Assembly (NCBI GenBank): GCA_016188785.1
Contig: JACPHD010000020.1
Location: 3,306-67,305 of the forward strand
Direction: 5' to 3'
Source: Parcubacteria group bacterium
GTDB lineage: Bacteria; Patescibacteriota; Patescibacteriia; Patescibacteriales; GWC2-42-12
Length of the DNA stretch: 64,000 bases
The notes under the pieces are model-generated. The model saw only the letters and a program-made list of their open reading frames with translations, did not search any database and was not told the origin of the DNA. The number at the start of each line of letters is the position of its first letter. The stretch's first letter is position 1. Below are positions 52,020-60,177 of the stretch, piece by piece. A program made the translations under genes and the position numbers.

Positions 52020-52103
52020 CATCTGCTAGGCTTAAAAAGATTTTCCATCTGGAAAATTCGTTCTTGACTAGTCATCTGGCAAGTTAAGAGCCGCCGTCAT
52101 CTG
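52020..52103. promoter_or_regulatory. array of four CATCTG boxes spaced 25-27 bp apart
   Basis: CATCTG at 52020, 52046, 52073 and 52098, plus one at 51955. Two boxes share GTCATCTG. The array lies upstream of the 52186 gene. Confidence 0.3.
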
Positions 52104-52185
52104 TCGGCGCCAAAGGAATAAGAAGGCAAGGAAAATTTGTAGGGAAGAAAAAAGCGGTTAAGTCTGATTGAAAAGGAGCGGGCAG

Positions 52186-53844
52186 ATGAAGCGTATAATG
52201 CAGATAATGTTTATACTATCTGTGTTAGTGTTAGCCGCGGCATCTGCCAACGCCGCGGTCTACACAGTTAAAAAAGGGGATACTTTGTCCAAAATTGGCC
52301 AGATGTATAGTCTGACTTGGCAAGTGATTGCTAAGGCCAATGCGGATAAAGTAAAAAATCCCGACAAGATTTACGTCGGGCAGAAACTGGCTATTCCAGA
52401 AAGAGGCAAGAAGGCTGTGGCTACGGCCAAACCAAAAGTTTCTGTTATTAAGATAAAGAAACTGGGAGCTCATAAATTTGGTCCCAGGCGTGATCCGGTT
52501 AAGGCGATTAAAAAATTTGAGCTTCCGCAGGAAGTTAAAGATGCTTTAATCGCCGAGCTAAAAGCCGGAAGGTTTTCTTGGGCAACGTTAAAAAAAGGCG
52601 ATCGGCGAGAGCAGATGGCCTTTGGTAATTATAGAATTACTGGCGGCAAAGGGACTGTCCTGGAAATGGATTTTCCCGAAGGCCATAAAGAGGCTGTTCG
52701 CCGGTATTCGGTTGAGCATGAAGGCTGGATTTTCCATCTGGAAATTCCGCTTAAGTGCGACAATCCGACTTGGTGGAAGGAAAAGATACCTACTCCGCCA
52801 CCGCCTGCGCCCAAACCTGAACCAGCGCCAGAAATTGTGCCTGTTCCGCCGCCACCAGAACCGAAAAAGCCGAAACAGAAATTTCTACTGATGCGGATTC
52901 CGCCGCCGGTGCAAATTGTCGCGCCGCCGGCGTTAGAAATATTAGAAGCGCCGCCGGAAAAAGTTTTCGGGCCGGACGTTGATATCTCTGTTGGCTCTTT
53001 TGCCGATTGGCATAAGAGTGGCAACAACCCCAGAGGTATTTGGGGAGTGGGAAATTTTTATTCCCATAACATCAGCGACGGGGACAGGCTTCATTCCTTC
53101 GGGTTCGCGCTTGAGGGAAATTATTGGAATGGCGTAACCGGTGATGAGCCGCATGGCTTTCACTATCTTGGCAATCGTTACGCGATTGGCCCGGCCTACC
53201 GCCTGCTCACGGCTGATATGGAGTTTCAGGTTAGGGCGGGTCTGGGCGAGGTCAATGACTGGGGTCACGTCAAGACTGATCCGGCCGGAGAATTCAAATC
53301 CTCGCAAACCTCAACGATTATGACTGCCTACGCGGGGTTAGAGAAAAAACGGTCGGGTACGCCCTGGCTTAACCGAATTAGGTATTCGGGTCAAACCGAT
53401 ATTGATATTCATCGGTCGGATAAGTCTGATCGGTGGATTGACGGTAAGGGGAAAAGCTGGCCTTTAAACGGCAAGGCTAGCAGTAAAAATATGTATAGTT
53501 TGGGGGTTGATGCTTCTATCTATAAGCTGAATAACATTGTCAGCTTGGCCGGAGGAGCGTCTGCTACCCATTATCAAGAAGGTCAAAAAACCGGACTTCG
53601 CTTAGGTCCGGGATTGGATTTTTACGCCGCTAATATGCCAATCGGCGGCTTAAGATTCAATCTGACACATTGGTCAGATTCGGATCATTCAATCGGCCTT
53701 GGCGGTTTTCTTGATTTAAGTAATCTGATTAAACATTTGTTCCCGAATTTACTGCCAAAGCGAACTTTTGGCGGTGAAGAATGGAAACAGGAAGAAATAG
53801 ATCAGGAAAGCCAGGAAAAAATTATTCAAGATTTATTAAGATGA
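52186..53844 (+). CDS. secreted LysM-domain protein with a Pro-rich linker and a beta-rich C-terminal domain
   Basis: Start set at the ATG at 52186, after AAAGGAG. It has a signal peptide ending ANA-AV, a LysM domain (YTVKKGDTLSKIGQMY...GQKLAIP), the tract PTPPPPAPKPEPAPEIVPVPPPPEPKKPK, and a ~300-aa Gly/aromatic-rich C-terminal region. Confidence 0.7.
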   Translation: MKRIMQIMFILSVLVLAAASANAAVYTVKKGDTLSKIGQMYSLTWQVIAKANADKVKNPDKIYVGQKLAIPERGKKAVATAKPKVSVIKIKKLGAHKFGPRRDPVKAIKKFELPQEVKDALIAELKAGRFSWATLKKGDRREQMAFGNYRITGGKGTVLEMDFPEGHKEAVRRYSVEHEGWIFHLEIPLKCDNPTWWKEKIPTPPPPAPKPEPAPEIVPVPPPPEPKKPKQKFLLMRIPPPVQIVAPPALEILEAPPEKVFGPDVDISVGSFADWHKSGNNPRGIWGVGNFYSHNISDGDRLHSFGFALEGNYWNGVTGDEPHGFHYLGNRYAIGPAYRLLTADMEFQVRAGLGEVNDWGHVKTDPAGEFKSSQTSTIMTAYAGLEKKRSGTPWLNRIRYSGQTDIDIHRSDKSDRWIDGKGKSWPLNGKASSKNMYSLGVDASIYKLNNIVSLAGGASATHYQEGQKTGLRLGPGLDFYAANMPIGGLRFNLTHWSDSDHSIGLGGFLDLSNLIKHLFPNLLPKRTFGGEEWKQEEIDQESQEKIIQDLLR

Positions 53845-53854
53845 AAGGAGGTTA

Positions 53855-53889
53855 AATTAGGAATTAGGAATTAGGAATTAGGAAGTAGG
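53855..53889. repeat. tandem heptamer AATTAGG x4 (+AAGTAGG)
   Basis: Read directly, immediately after the stop codon at 53844. Confidence 0.9.
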
Positions 53890-53929
53890 AATAAATAAAA
53901 ACAAAAAAAATAAATAAGGGAGAAAAGTC

Positions 53930-54568
53930 GTGAAAAAGCTGTTTATGGCGGTTTTGATCGCGCTGGCGGCAATGTTTTGCCAGTCGGCGCAAGCGGCCGA
54001 AGAGTGGGTTCCTAATATGGATGCGCCTGTAGTTGGCGATGTGCCTACTGACGTGACCAATTTGGGCGGTTCGGCCATTGATATCAAGCCGGTTGAAGGG
54101 GGCAATCGGTTTGAGATAACTTTTTATGGCGTTAAAGTGACGCCAAGGGGCGGTCCGGCTCTGTATGATGCTGAGATCGTCCGGATCGCCTCTGGTATTT
54201 TGGACGCGGCCAAAGCGTCCGGCAACAAGAAGGTGGCGAGCGAGTATGTCGCCGATGTGGTACCATCGGCGAATGGGGTTGTGAATTTTACAACCCTCAA
54301 CTATGCCATGGCCACTAGTGTTCCGGTAGTAGAGCACCTCTGGGGCATCGGCAAGACCAAGGGGGATAACCAGGTAAAATACCTGGTTTTGAATCCTGAT
54401 TCGCCCTGGGTCTGTTATGAAACATTGGGCAACGGCAAGCCCAATTTGGAAACTTTGGCCATCGGCATACTGATGTGCCCTGATGGCCAGGCAGTGCCCC
54501 TGAAATCCCTGGGTAAGGGAAAAATAAAACAGGGAAAACATCCAGAGCTGGCCGACGCCTGCAAGTGA
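53930..54568 (+). CDS. secreted protein, function unknown
   Basis: 212 aa with a GTG start after AAGGGAGA and a signal peptide ending AQA-AE. The opposite-strand 263-aa ORF is judged spurious. Confidence 0.65.
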   Translation: MKKLFMAVLIALAAMFCQSAQAAEEWVPNMDAPVVGDVPTDVTNLGGSAIDIKPVEGGNRFEITFYGVKVTPRGGPALYDAEIVRIASGILDAAKASGNKKVASEYVADVVPSANGVVNFTTLNYAMATSVPVVEHLWGIGKTKGDNQVKYLVLNPDSPWVCYETLGNGKPNLETLAIGILMCPDGQAVPLKSLGKGKIKQGKHPELADACK

Positions 54569-54605
54569 TCGCCGGCGTCTGCTGAAAAAGCAAAAAAGAT
54601 CACCC

Positions 54606-55961
54606 CTAACCCCCGGTTTCTCTTGAGAGACCGGGGTCTTTTTTATTCTTAACACTTAAAATCGCGCCTATGAGCGCCCAGAACGACCACTCAAGCGCGG
54701 TATTTCTTAAAATATTATCAGCCGCGCTCATGATATAAAAAGCGATTGACAAGCCGATGGCCGTTAGAATTAAAATTTGAAATCGCGTTCGCCCTGCCAC
54801 TGAATACTTTTTTATTAAACTAATAAACAAACTGATAATCAGCGAAACATAAGCTAATAAGCCGATCAGGCCGTTTTCAATGGCAATTTTTAAATAATCA
54901 TTATGCGGGTCGCTGGAACCGAAGCGCTCTCCCCGTTTTTTTAAAATTAGCTCGTTAGCCACGCCCGCGCCATAACCGAACCAAGGCCGGTCTTTAATAT
55001 ATTCTTTAGCATCGTTCCAAAGATCAAGCCGCCACTGGATGGAACTGCCAGAGCTGCCGGACAGCAAATCGTTAACGCGGTAATTTATGGGTCCGATTAA
55101 AAGATAGGTTAGCGCCATAAAAATTACCGTAGCAATAAGTAAAGCGCGATAACGGAAAACGCCGATAACCGCCATAACAATTAAAAATGACAGCCAGGCG
55201 CCGCGAGTGAAAGTAAGGGCTAAAATAATTATCAGATAACCGGAGAATAGAAAATATAAAATATTGCCTATTTGTTTTTTATGGCCGCTTAAAAACAAAT
55301 ACAGAGATAAAGCCAGGGGTAAAAGCAAATAATAGGCCAATAGATTAGGGTGGGCAAAAGTACCGTAGATTCTATTATAAATGCCTTCAAACGGCACGTT
55401 CAGACCGGTATCGGCAAAAAATTGCCATAAGGCGAAGAGCGACGGAATAACCACAGAAGCGATAATGATTTTAATAAGATTTTTTAAATCTGATTCTGAA
55501 TTTAATAAAAAATAAGCTAGGCAGTAAATCGCCAGGATGCTTAATAAGCGCAAACTTTCAGCCAGGCTTAAATAAGCGTTAAAAGAGTAAAAAATTGAGA
55601 CTAAAACTAGGGCAATAAAAACGAGCCAACTATATTTAAGCGGCAGAGTTTTAATGCCGGAAAAATTTTTTATTATAATAACCGCGGAAAATAAAATAAC
55701 CATGACGGCCAAGAGTGAAGCGAAATTCAGGCTGAAATTTTCCGTTTGAATAACCGGCCGGCCGGTTAAAATATCTAAACAGGGCCGGGCGATTATTAAG
55801 AGAAACAAGCCGAGTTTGGGTTTTATGGCCGCGACCGCGTCAATGCAGAATAAAATAAAAAACAGTATTTTAAAAATAACGTCTAGGCTAATAAATAGAA
55901 AAAAACCCAGCCAAATTAGCCCGGCGAGTAAAAAAATTATTTGAATTTTTTTATTTGACAT
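54606..55961 (-). CDS. O-antigen ligase/polymerase-like (Wzy_C domain) membrane protein
   Basis: 451 aa with ~11 TM segments and a YGTFAHPNLLAYYL motif in a periplasmic loop. Confidence 0.8.
   Translation of the reverse strand: MSNKKIQIIFLLAGLIWLGFFLFISLDVIFKILFFILFCIDAVAAIKPKLGLFLLIIARPCLDILTGRPVIQTENFSLNFASLLAVMVILFSAVIIIKNFSGIKTLPLKYSWLVFIALVLVSIFYSFNAYLSLAESLRLLSILAIYCLAYFLLNSESDLKNLIKIIIASVVIPSLFALWQFFADTGLNVPFEGIYNRIYGTFAHPNLLAYYLLLPLALSLYLFLSGHKKQIGNILYFLFSGYLIIILALTFTRGAWLSFLIVMAVIGVFRYRALLIATVIFMALTYLLIGPINYRVNDLLSGSSGSSIQWRLDLWNDAKEYIKDRPWFGYGAGVANELILKKRGERFGSSDPHNDYLKIAIENGLIGLLAYVSLIISLFISLIKKYSVAGRTRFQILILTAIGLSIAFYIMSAADNILRNTALEWSFWALIGAILSVKNKKDPGLSRETGG
54611..54645 (+). 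terminator. intrinsic terminator after the island genes
   Basis: CCCCGGTTTCTC-TT-GAGAGACCGGGG followed by TCTTTTTT. Confidence 0.75.
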
Positions 55962-55993
55962 TTATTTGTAATTATGTTAATTTTCATTGTTAA

Positions 55994-56174
55994 GTCGAGA
56001 TGATTGCAAAACTATTTCGTAGCGAAATTTAGATATTTTTAGTCAAGACGAGGAAAACAAGCAAAATGATTTGAGCCGTAATAGCATTACGGTGAAAATC
56101 ATTTTGCGCAGTTTGACGAAGTCTTAGCTAAAAATAGCAAATTGCAGTAGAAATAGTTTTGCAACCATCTCGAC
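55994..56174. other. 181-nt multi-bulged long hairpin in a divergent intergenic region
   Basis: Outer 25-bp stem GTCGAGATGATTGCAAAACTATTTC / GAAATAGTTTTGCAACCATCTCGAC (one A-C mismatch). An inner perfect 12-bp stem, GCAAAATGATTT/AAATCATTTTGC, encloses CCGTAAT-AGC-ATTACGG. Confidence 0.6.
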
Positions 56175-56190
56175 ATATTATTATAATCTC

Positions 56191-57144
56191 ATGAAAAAAT
56201 CAAGCTATAAGGATTTAGTCATAGCCATTACTTACCAATGCAATTCTCGTTGCCGGATGTGCAATATTTGGCGTAAAAATGCGGCCGGCGGTTTAAAGGC
56301 CGAGGACTACAATAAAATACCCACTGGTTTATCAAATATCAATATTACCGGCGGCGAGCCGTTTTTGCATCCGGAATTGGTGGAAATAGTTAAAACTGTT
56401 CATAATCGCTGTCCTAAAGCCGCGATAATTATTTCCACTAATGGTTTTGCCACGGAATTGATTATCAAGCAAACAGAAAAAATAAAAAAATTTATTTCCA
56501 ATCTCGGCCTGGCGGTTTCTTTAGATGGCCTTGGTGGCAAGCATGATGAAATTCGCGGCATGGCCGGTGGTTTTGACAAGGTTATGTCAACCATAGCCGG
56601 TTTAAAAAAAATCGGTCTGAAAAATTTGCGGCTGGCCTTCACTTTAGGGGACTATAACATAGCAGAGCTGGCTAAAATTTATAATTTAAGCCGCGAGCTG
56701 GGCCTAGAAATGACCTTAGCCGCGGTTCATTCCGGCGAAAATTATTTTAGCGCCAATAATCGGATTGAAAAAAAACAAGAAATGGCTAAAGCGCTGGATC
56801 TTCTGATTAGGCGCGAGCTTATGAGTTTGTCCATAAAAAGATGGCTACGCGCTTATTTTACTTTTGGCTTAAAAGAATTTATTTTGACCGGACAGAGGAT
56901 TTTACCTGATTATTCCGGCCGATATAATTTATTCGTAGCTCCGGACGGCGACATCTATCCGAGCGACGCAGCAGACAAAAAAATCGGTAATTTGCGCCTC
57001 GGCTTTACTAATTTAAAACCGGTTTCCGCGGCTGAAAATCCAAGCTGGATGATCTGCACAGCCAGAACTGCCATTAGAAAAAATTGGCCGAAATTTATTT
57101 TTTGGCTGGTAAAAGCCCATTATGAAAGTTCTGCAAATAAATAA
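56191..57144 (+). CDS. radical SAM domain protein
   Basis: 317 aa. CNSRCRMC (CxxxCxxC) and a GGEPFL motif. It lies in the glycan locus. Confidence 0.85.
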   Translation: MKKSSYKDLVIAITYQCNSRCRMCNIWRKNAAGGLKAEDYNKIPTGLSNINITGGEPFLHPELVEIVKTVHNRCPKAAIIISTNGFATELIIKQTEKIKKFISNLGLAVSLDGLGGKHDEIRGMAGGFDKVMSTIAGLKKIGLKNLRLAFTLGDYNIAELAKIYNLSRELGLEMTLAAVHSGENYFSANNRIEKKQEMAKALDLLIRRELMSLSIKRWLRAYFTFGLKEFILTGQRILPDYSGRYNLFVAPDGDIYPSDAADKKIGNLRLGFTNLKPVSAAENPSWMICTARTAIRKNWPKFIFWLVKAHYESSANK

Positions 57145-58339
57145 ATTTTATTATCTTAAGGGCGGAAGCGAGCGCCATATTTTCGCCTTGTCAAAATTAT
57201 TGGCAGACAGCGGCCATCAAGTCGTGCAATTTTCCATGGCAGATGATAAAAATTATTATTCAAAATTCAGCCAATATTTTAGCAAACCGGTTAATCTTGA
57301 TAAATTCAGTTTAAAAAATATTTTTAAATTATTTTATAACCGCGAGGCCGCGAAAAAACTGGAAAACCTAATTAGGGCCGAGCGGCCGGATCTGGCTCAT
57401 TTGCATAATATTTCCCACCAATTAAGTTCGTCTGTTATTAAAGTTTTAAAAAAATATAATATTCCCCTAGTGCAAACTTTGCATGATTATAAATTGATTT
57501 GCCCTAATTATAAACTGTTTTCCCATGGTCGAGTCTGCTATAAATGCCGAGGCGGGAAATATTATAATTGTTTTTTAAATAAATGTTTAAAAAATTCATA
57601 TTTAATTAGTTTCTTGGCGATGTTTGAGGCCTATTATTGCCGCTGGCAGAAGGTTTATGAAAAAATAAATTTATTTATCGCTCCCAGCCGCTTTATGAAA
57701 GATATATGCGTTAAATTTGGCGTGCCGGAAAATAAAATCAAGCTGATTTATAATTTTATAAACCCCGAAACTGGCGCGGTCGAAAACCTTGCGGAAAAAA
57801 GTCAGCCGGATTATTTTTTGTATTTCGGCCGCTTGTCCGAGGAAAAGGGGATTCGAGTATTACTGGAAGCCATGAAAAAATTAAACGGCATAAAATTAAA
57901 AATAGCCGGCGCCGGACCTGACTATAAAAAATATCAATCACTGGCGGCTGAATATAAATTGAATGACCGGGTAGAATTCTTAGGGCCTAAATACGGCGAC
58001 GAATTGCGGCGGCTGATTAAGCAGGCTAAAGCCGTAATTATGCCGTCCTTATGGCCGGAGAATCTGCCTTATACCGCCTTAGAGTCCCTGTCTTTAAATA
58101 AAATAGTTATTGCCAGTAATATTGGCGGTTTGCCGGAAATTATTCAAGACGGCTTTAACGGGCTTTTATTTAAGAGCGGCGACAGTCTTGATTTAGCTGG
58201 AAAAATAAGCCTGATTTTAAATGATGAACGGATGGCAAAAAGCATTGAAACTAATGCCAAATCCAGCTTAAACAAATTTAATAGTCAGGAGCATTACCGG
58301 GCGATTAGCCGGGTATATCAAAATTTAGTAAAATTTTAG
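57122..58339 (+). CDS. glycosyltransferase family 4
   Basis: 405 aa. MKVLQINKFYYLKGGSERH, FGRLSEEKG, and an E-x7-E region (PENLPYTALESLSLNKIVIA). Confidence 0.85.
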   Translation: MKVLQINKFYYLKGGSERHIFALSKLLADSGHQVVQFSMADDKNYYSKFSQYFSKPVNLDKFSLKNIFKLFYNREAAKKLENLIRAERPDLAHLHNISHQLSSSVIKVLKKYNIPLVQTLHDYKLICPNYKLFSHGRVCYKCRGGKYYNCFLNKCLKNSYLISFLAMFEAYYCRWQKVYEKINLFIAPSRFMKDICVKFGVPENKIKLIYNFINPETGAVENLAEKSQPDYFLYFGRLSEEKGIRVLLEAMKKLNGIKLKIAGAGPDYKKYQSLAAEYKLNDRVEFLGPKYGDELRRLIKQAKAVIMPSLWPENLPYTALESLSLNKIVIASNIGGLPEIIQDGFNGLLFKSGDSLDLAGKISLILNDERMAKSIETNAKSSLNKFNSQEHYRAISRVYQNLVKF

Positions 58340-58372
58340 CTAATATTAGATAAAATAAAATTAAATCAGCCC

Positions 58373-58401
58373 TTGACTGGCTCTACTTGGTATGATAAAA
58401 T
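58373..58401 (+). promoter_or_regulatory. sigma70-like promoter (TTGACT-17 nt-TAAAAT)
   Basis: TTGACT at 58373-58378 and TAAAAT at 58396-58401, upstream of the 58445 gene. Confidence 0.55.
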
Positions 58402-58444
58402 AGTTTTTCAAGAAATATATCAATATAATTAAGAGAGAAAGTTT

Positions 58445-60013
58445 ATGAAAAAAAAATTATTGTTGGCATCATTTATTATTGTCGCCTTATCCCTGGTTTT
58501 TATTTCCGGCGTTAAAGGTAAAACAAGCTCAGCTAATGGCGACGCGCTTTATTTTAGAGGCAAGGTTTATTTAGTCGCGATTAACTCGGGCGCGGCTGAA
58601 TTATATAAAATTGATAACACTAAAATTACTAAAACCGCCACGATTAACGCGATTGCCGGAGATGCCGGCTGCCAGGATTTTATTGACGCGGTTTTAACCA
58701 TTGATTCTAACGGTTTGTATATTGTTTTAACGGATGGCAAGTATATTTATAAGTATGATGTTAATGACCCTTATAACCCGGTCTTATTTAAAAAATCAAA
58801 TGATAATTCTAATGATAAATATCTAGGCCTGGGTAAAATGTATAACCAAATTTTTTCAGTCTCTAATCATGGCCTAAGGATTTGGAGCGATAATATGGAA
58901 ATATATTATACCGCTAATATAAACAACCCTCTGCCTCATAATATAAAATTCAGCCAGCAAGGCAGTTTTGTTTTTAATATAAATAATGGCAAATTGGAAA
59001 TTTACGACGCTTTTTCGCAAAAACTGCTTTCTGCAATTAACCTAGCAGCCCGAGACAGCCATGAAAGAAATATTTATAATGATCAGACCGACAGTTCTAT
59101 TTATTTAGTTGACGACCGGGCGGTTAAGCAGGTTGATTTTTCAGGCAACATAATCAAGAGCTTTAAGCATACCTCAAGCCAAGGCTATGATATCGCTTAT
59201 GTGCCGGGCGATGATCATTTGTATTTTTCCGACGGCATCGGCATTGTAAAATTAAATAAAAGCGACTTAAAGCCCTTAAGCTGGATTTATACTGAAGAGT
59301 TTAGCGGGCCGAGCGGCCTGGCCGCTGGCTTAAAAGTGGTTAGCGATAATTACGGTGAAAAAATTTTTGTTTTTGACAACTATAATATTATTATTTTAGA
59401 TCAGGCTTATAATAAAATCGGCGCGATCGCCATAGATAATAATAATCAGTTTTGCCTGGCGCGAGAGAGTTTGTCTTTAATTTTAGATAAGCCGGCCGCT
59501 TTAGCCGGCGAGGCAGTGGCTTTAAGCGGCCGCGGTTTCAGCCCGGAGGAAATTTTATCTATTTATCTTTCTGATAAAAAAATTGATTCAACTAAGGCGG
59601 ATAATCGGGGCCGGTTTTTTAAGACTATTACCGTTCCCAGGTTTAATCCGAACATCCTCGAATTCAAGCCGGGCAAGACGGATATTAAAATTTTAGGCGA
59701 AAATTCAGGCCGAACTTACAGCGTGAATTTTCAAATTGAAGGAATGGTTGAAGCGGGTTTCTCGTTGTCGGTTAATAAAAATCGCGCTTTAGCCGGCGAG
59801 GAGGTGGCTTTAAGCGGCCGGGGTTTTAATCCGAACGAGTATGTGATAATTTATGTGGCGGACAAAAAAGTCGCTTTGGCCAGAACCGATGATAACGGTG
59901 GTTTTAGCGCGGTTATCACTATGCCTGAAGTTAAGCCGGGCCGGACCGAGATTAGGGTGTCGGGAGAAAATTTCGGCAGTAAAAATTATAGTATTGATTT
60001 TACCATAGAATAA
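58445..60013 (+). CDS. secreted protein with two C-terminal Ig-like repeats
   Basis: 522 aa with a signal peptide. The C-terminus holds two ~85-aa repeats (ALAGEAVALSGRGFSPEE... and ALAGEEVALSGRGFNPNE...). The N-terminal region is beta-rich. Confidence 0.7.
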   Translation: MKKKLLLASFIIVALSLVFISGVKGKTSSANGDALYFRGKVYLVAINSGAAELYKIDNTKITKTATINAIAGDAGCQDFIDAVLTIDSNGLYIVLTDGKYIYKYDVNDPYNPVLFKKSNDNSNDKYLGLGKMYNQIFSVSNHGLRIWSDNMEIYYTANINNPLPHNIKFSQQGSFVFNINNGKLEIYDAFSQKLLSAINLAARDSHERNIYNDQTDSSIYLVDDRAVKQVDFSGNIIKSFKHTSSQGYDIAYVPGDDHLYFSDGIGIVKLNKSDLKPLSWIYTEEFSGPSGLAAGLKVVSDNYGEKIFVFDNYNIIILDQAYNKIGAIAIDNNNQFCLARESLSLILDKPAALAGEAVALSGRGFSPEEILSIYLSDKKIDSTKADNRGRFFKTITVPRFNPNILEFKPGKTDIKILGENSGRTYSVNFQIEGMVEAGFSLSVNKNRALAGEEVALSGRGFNPNEYVIIYVADKKVALARTDDNGGFSAVITMPEVKPGRTEIRVSGENFGSKNYSIDFTIE

Positions 60014-60049
60014 ACATAGCACTTACGCGCTTAAAAAATATTTGTGAAA

Positions 60050-60151
60050 GCAGTTGGCTGGAATCAGTAATTTTCTCGTTGCGGAACTCGCCCCGCCAAG
60101 GCGGTGCTCAAACAGTCCTCACTTCAAAAATTACTAATTCCAGCCAACTGC
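60050..60151. ncRNA. 102-nt conserved-core/covarying-stem motif, copy B
   Basis: Same length and core as 4787-4888 (ATTTTCTCGTTGCGGAAC...TCAAACAGTCCTCACTTCAAAA). The 23-bp outer stem, GCAGTTGGCTGGAATCAGTAATT/AATTACTAATTCCAGCCAACTGC, is unrelated in sequence. Confidence 0.45.
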
Positions 60152-60177
60152 CAATTAACCATGTAAGTCTATAATAC

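Noticed and set aside
53864-54655. 263-aa minus-strand ORF (plus smaller ORFs at 53878-54105, 54315-54593 and 54415-54603) overlapping the 53930-54568 gene
   Set aside because: The plus-strand ORF has an SD, a GTG start, a clear signal peptide and a downstream terminator. The minus-strand ORF is an Arg/Gly-rich shadow frame typical of GC-richer DNA, with no start context.
56159-56187. TTGCAA-17-TATAAT as the promoter for a leaderless radical-SAM mRNA
   Set aside because: The -10 hexamer ends only 3 nt before the ATG at 56191, which is too close for a transcription start at or before the start codon. I kept it only as a remark within the hairpin finding.
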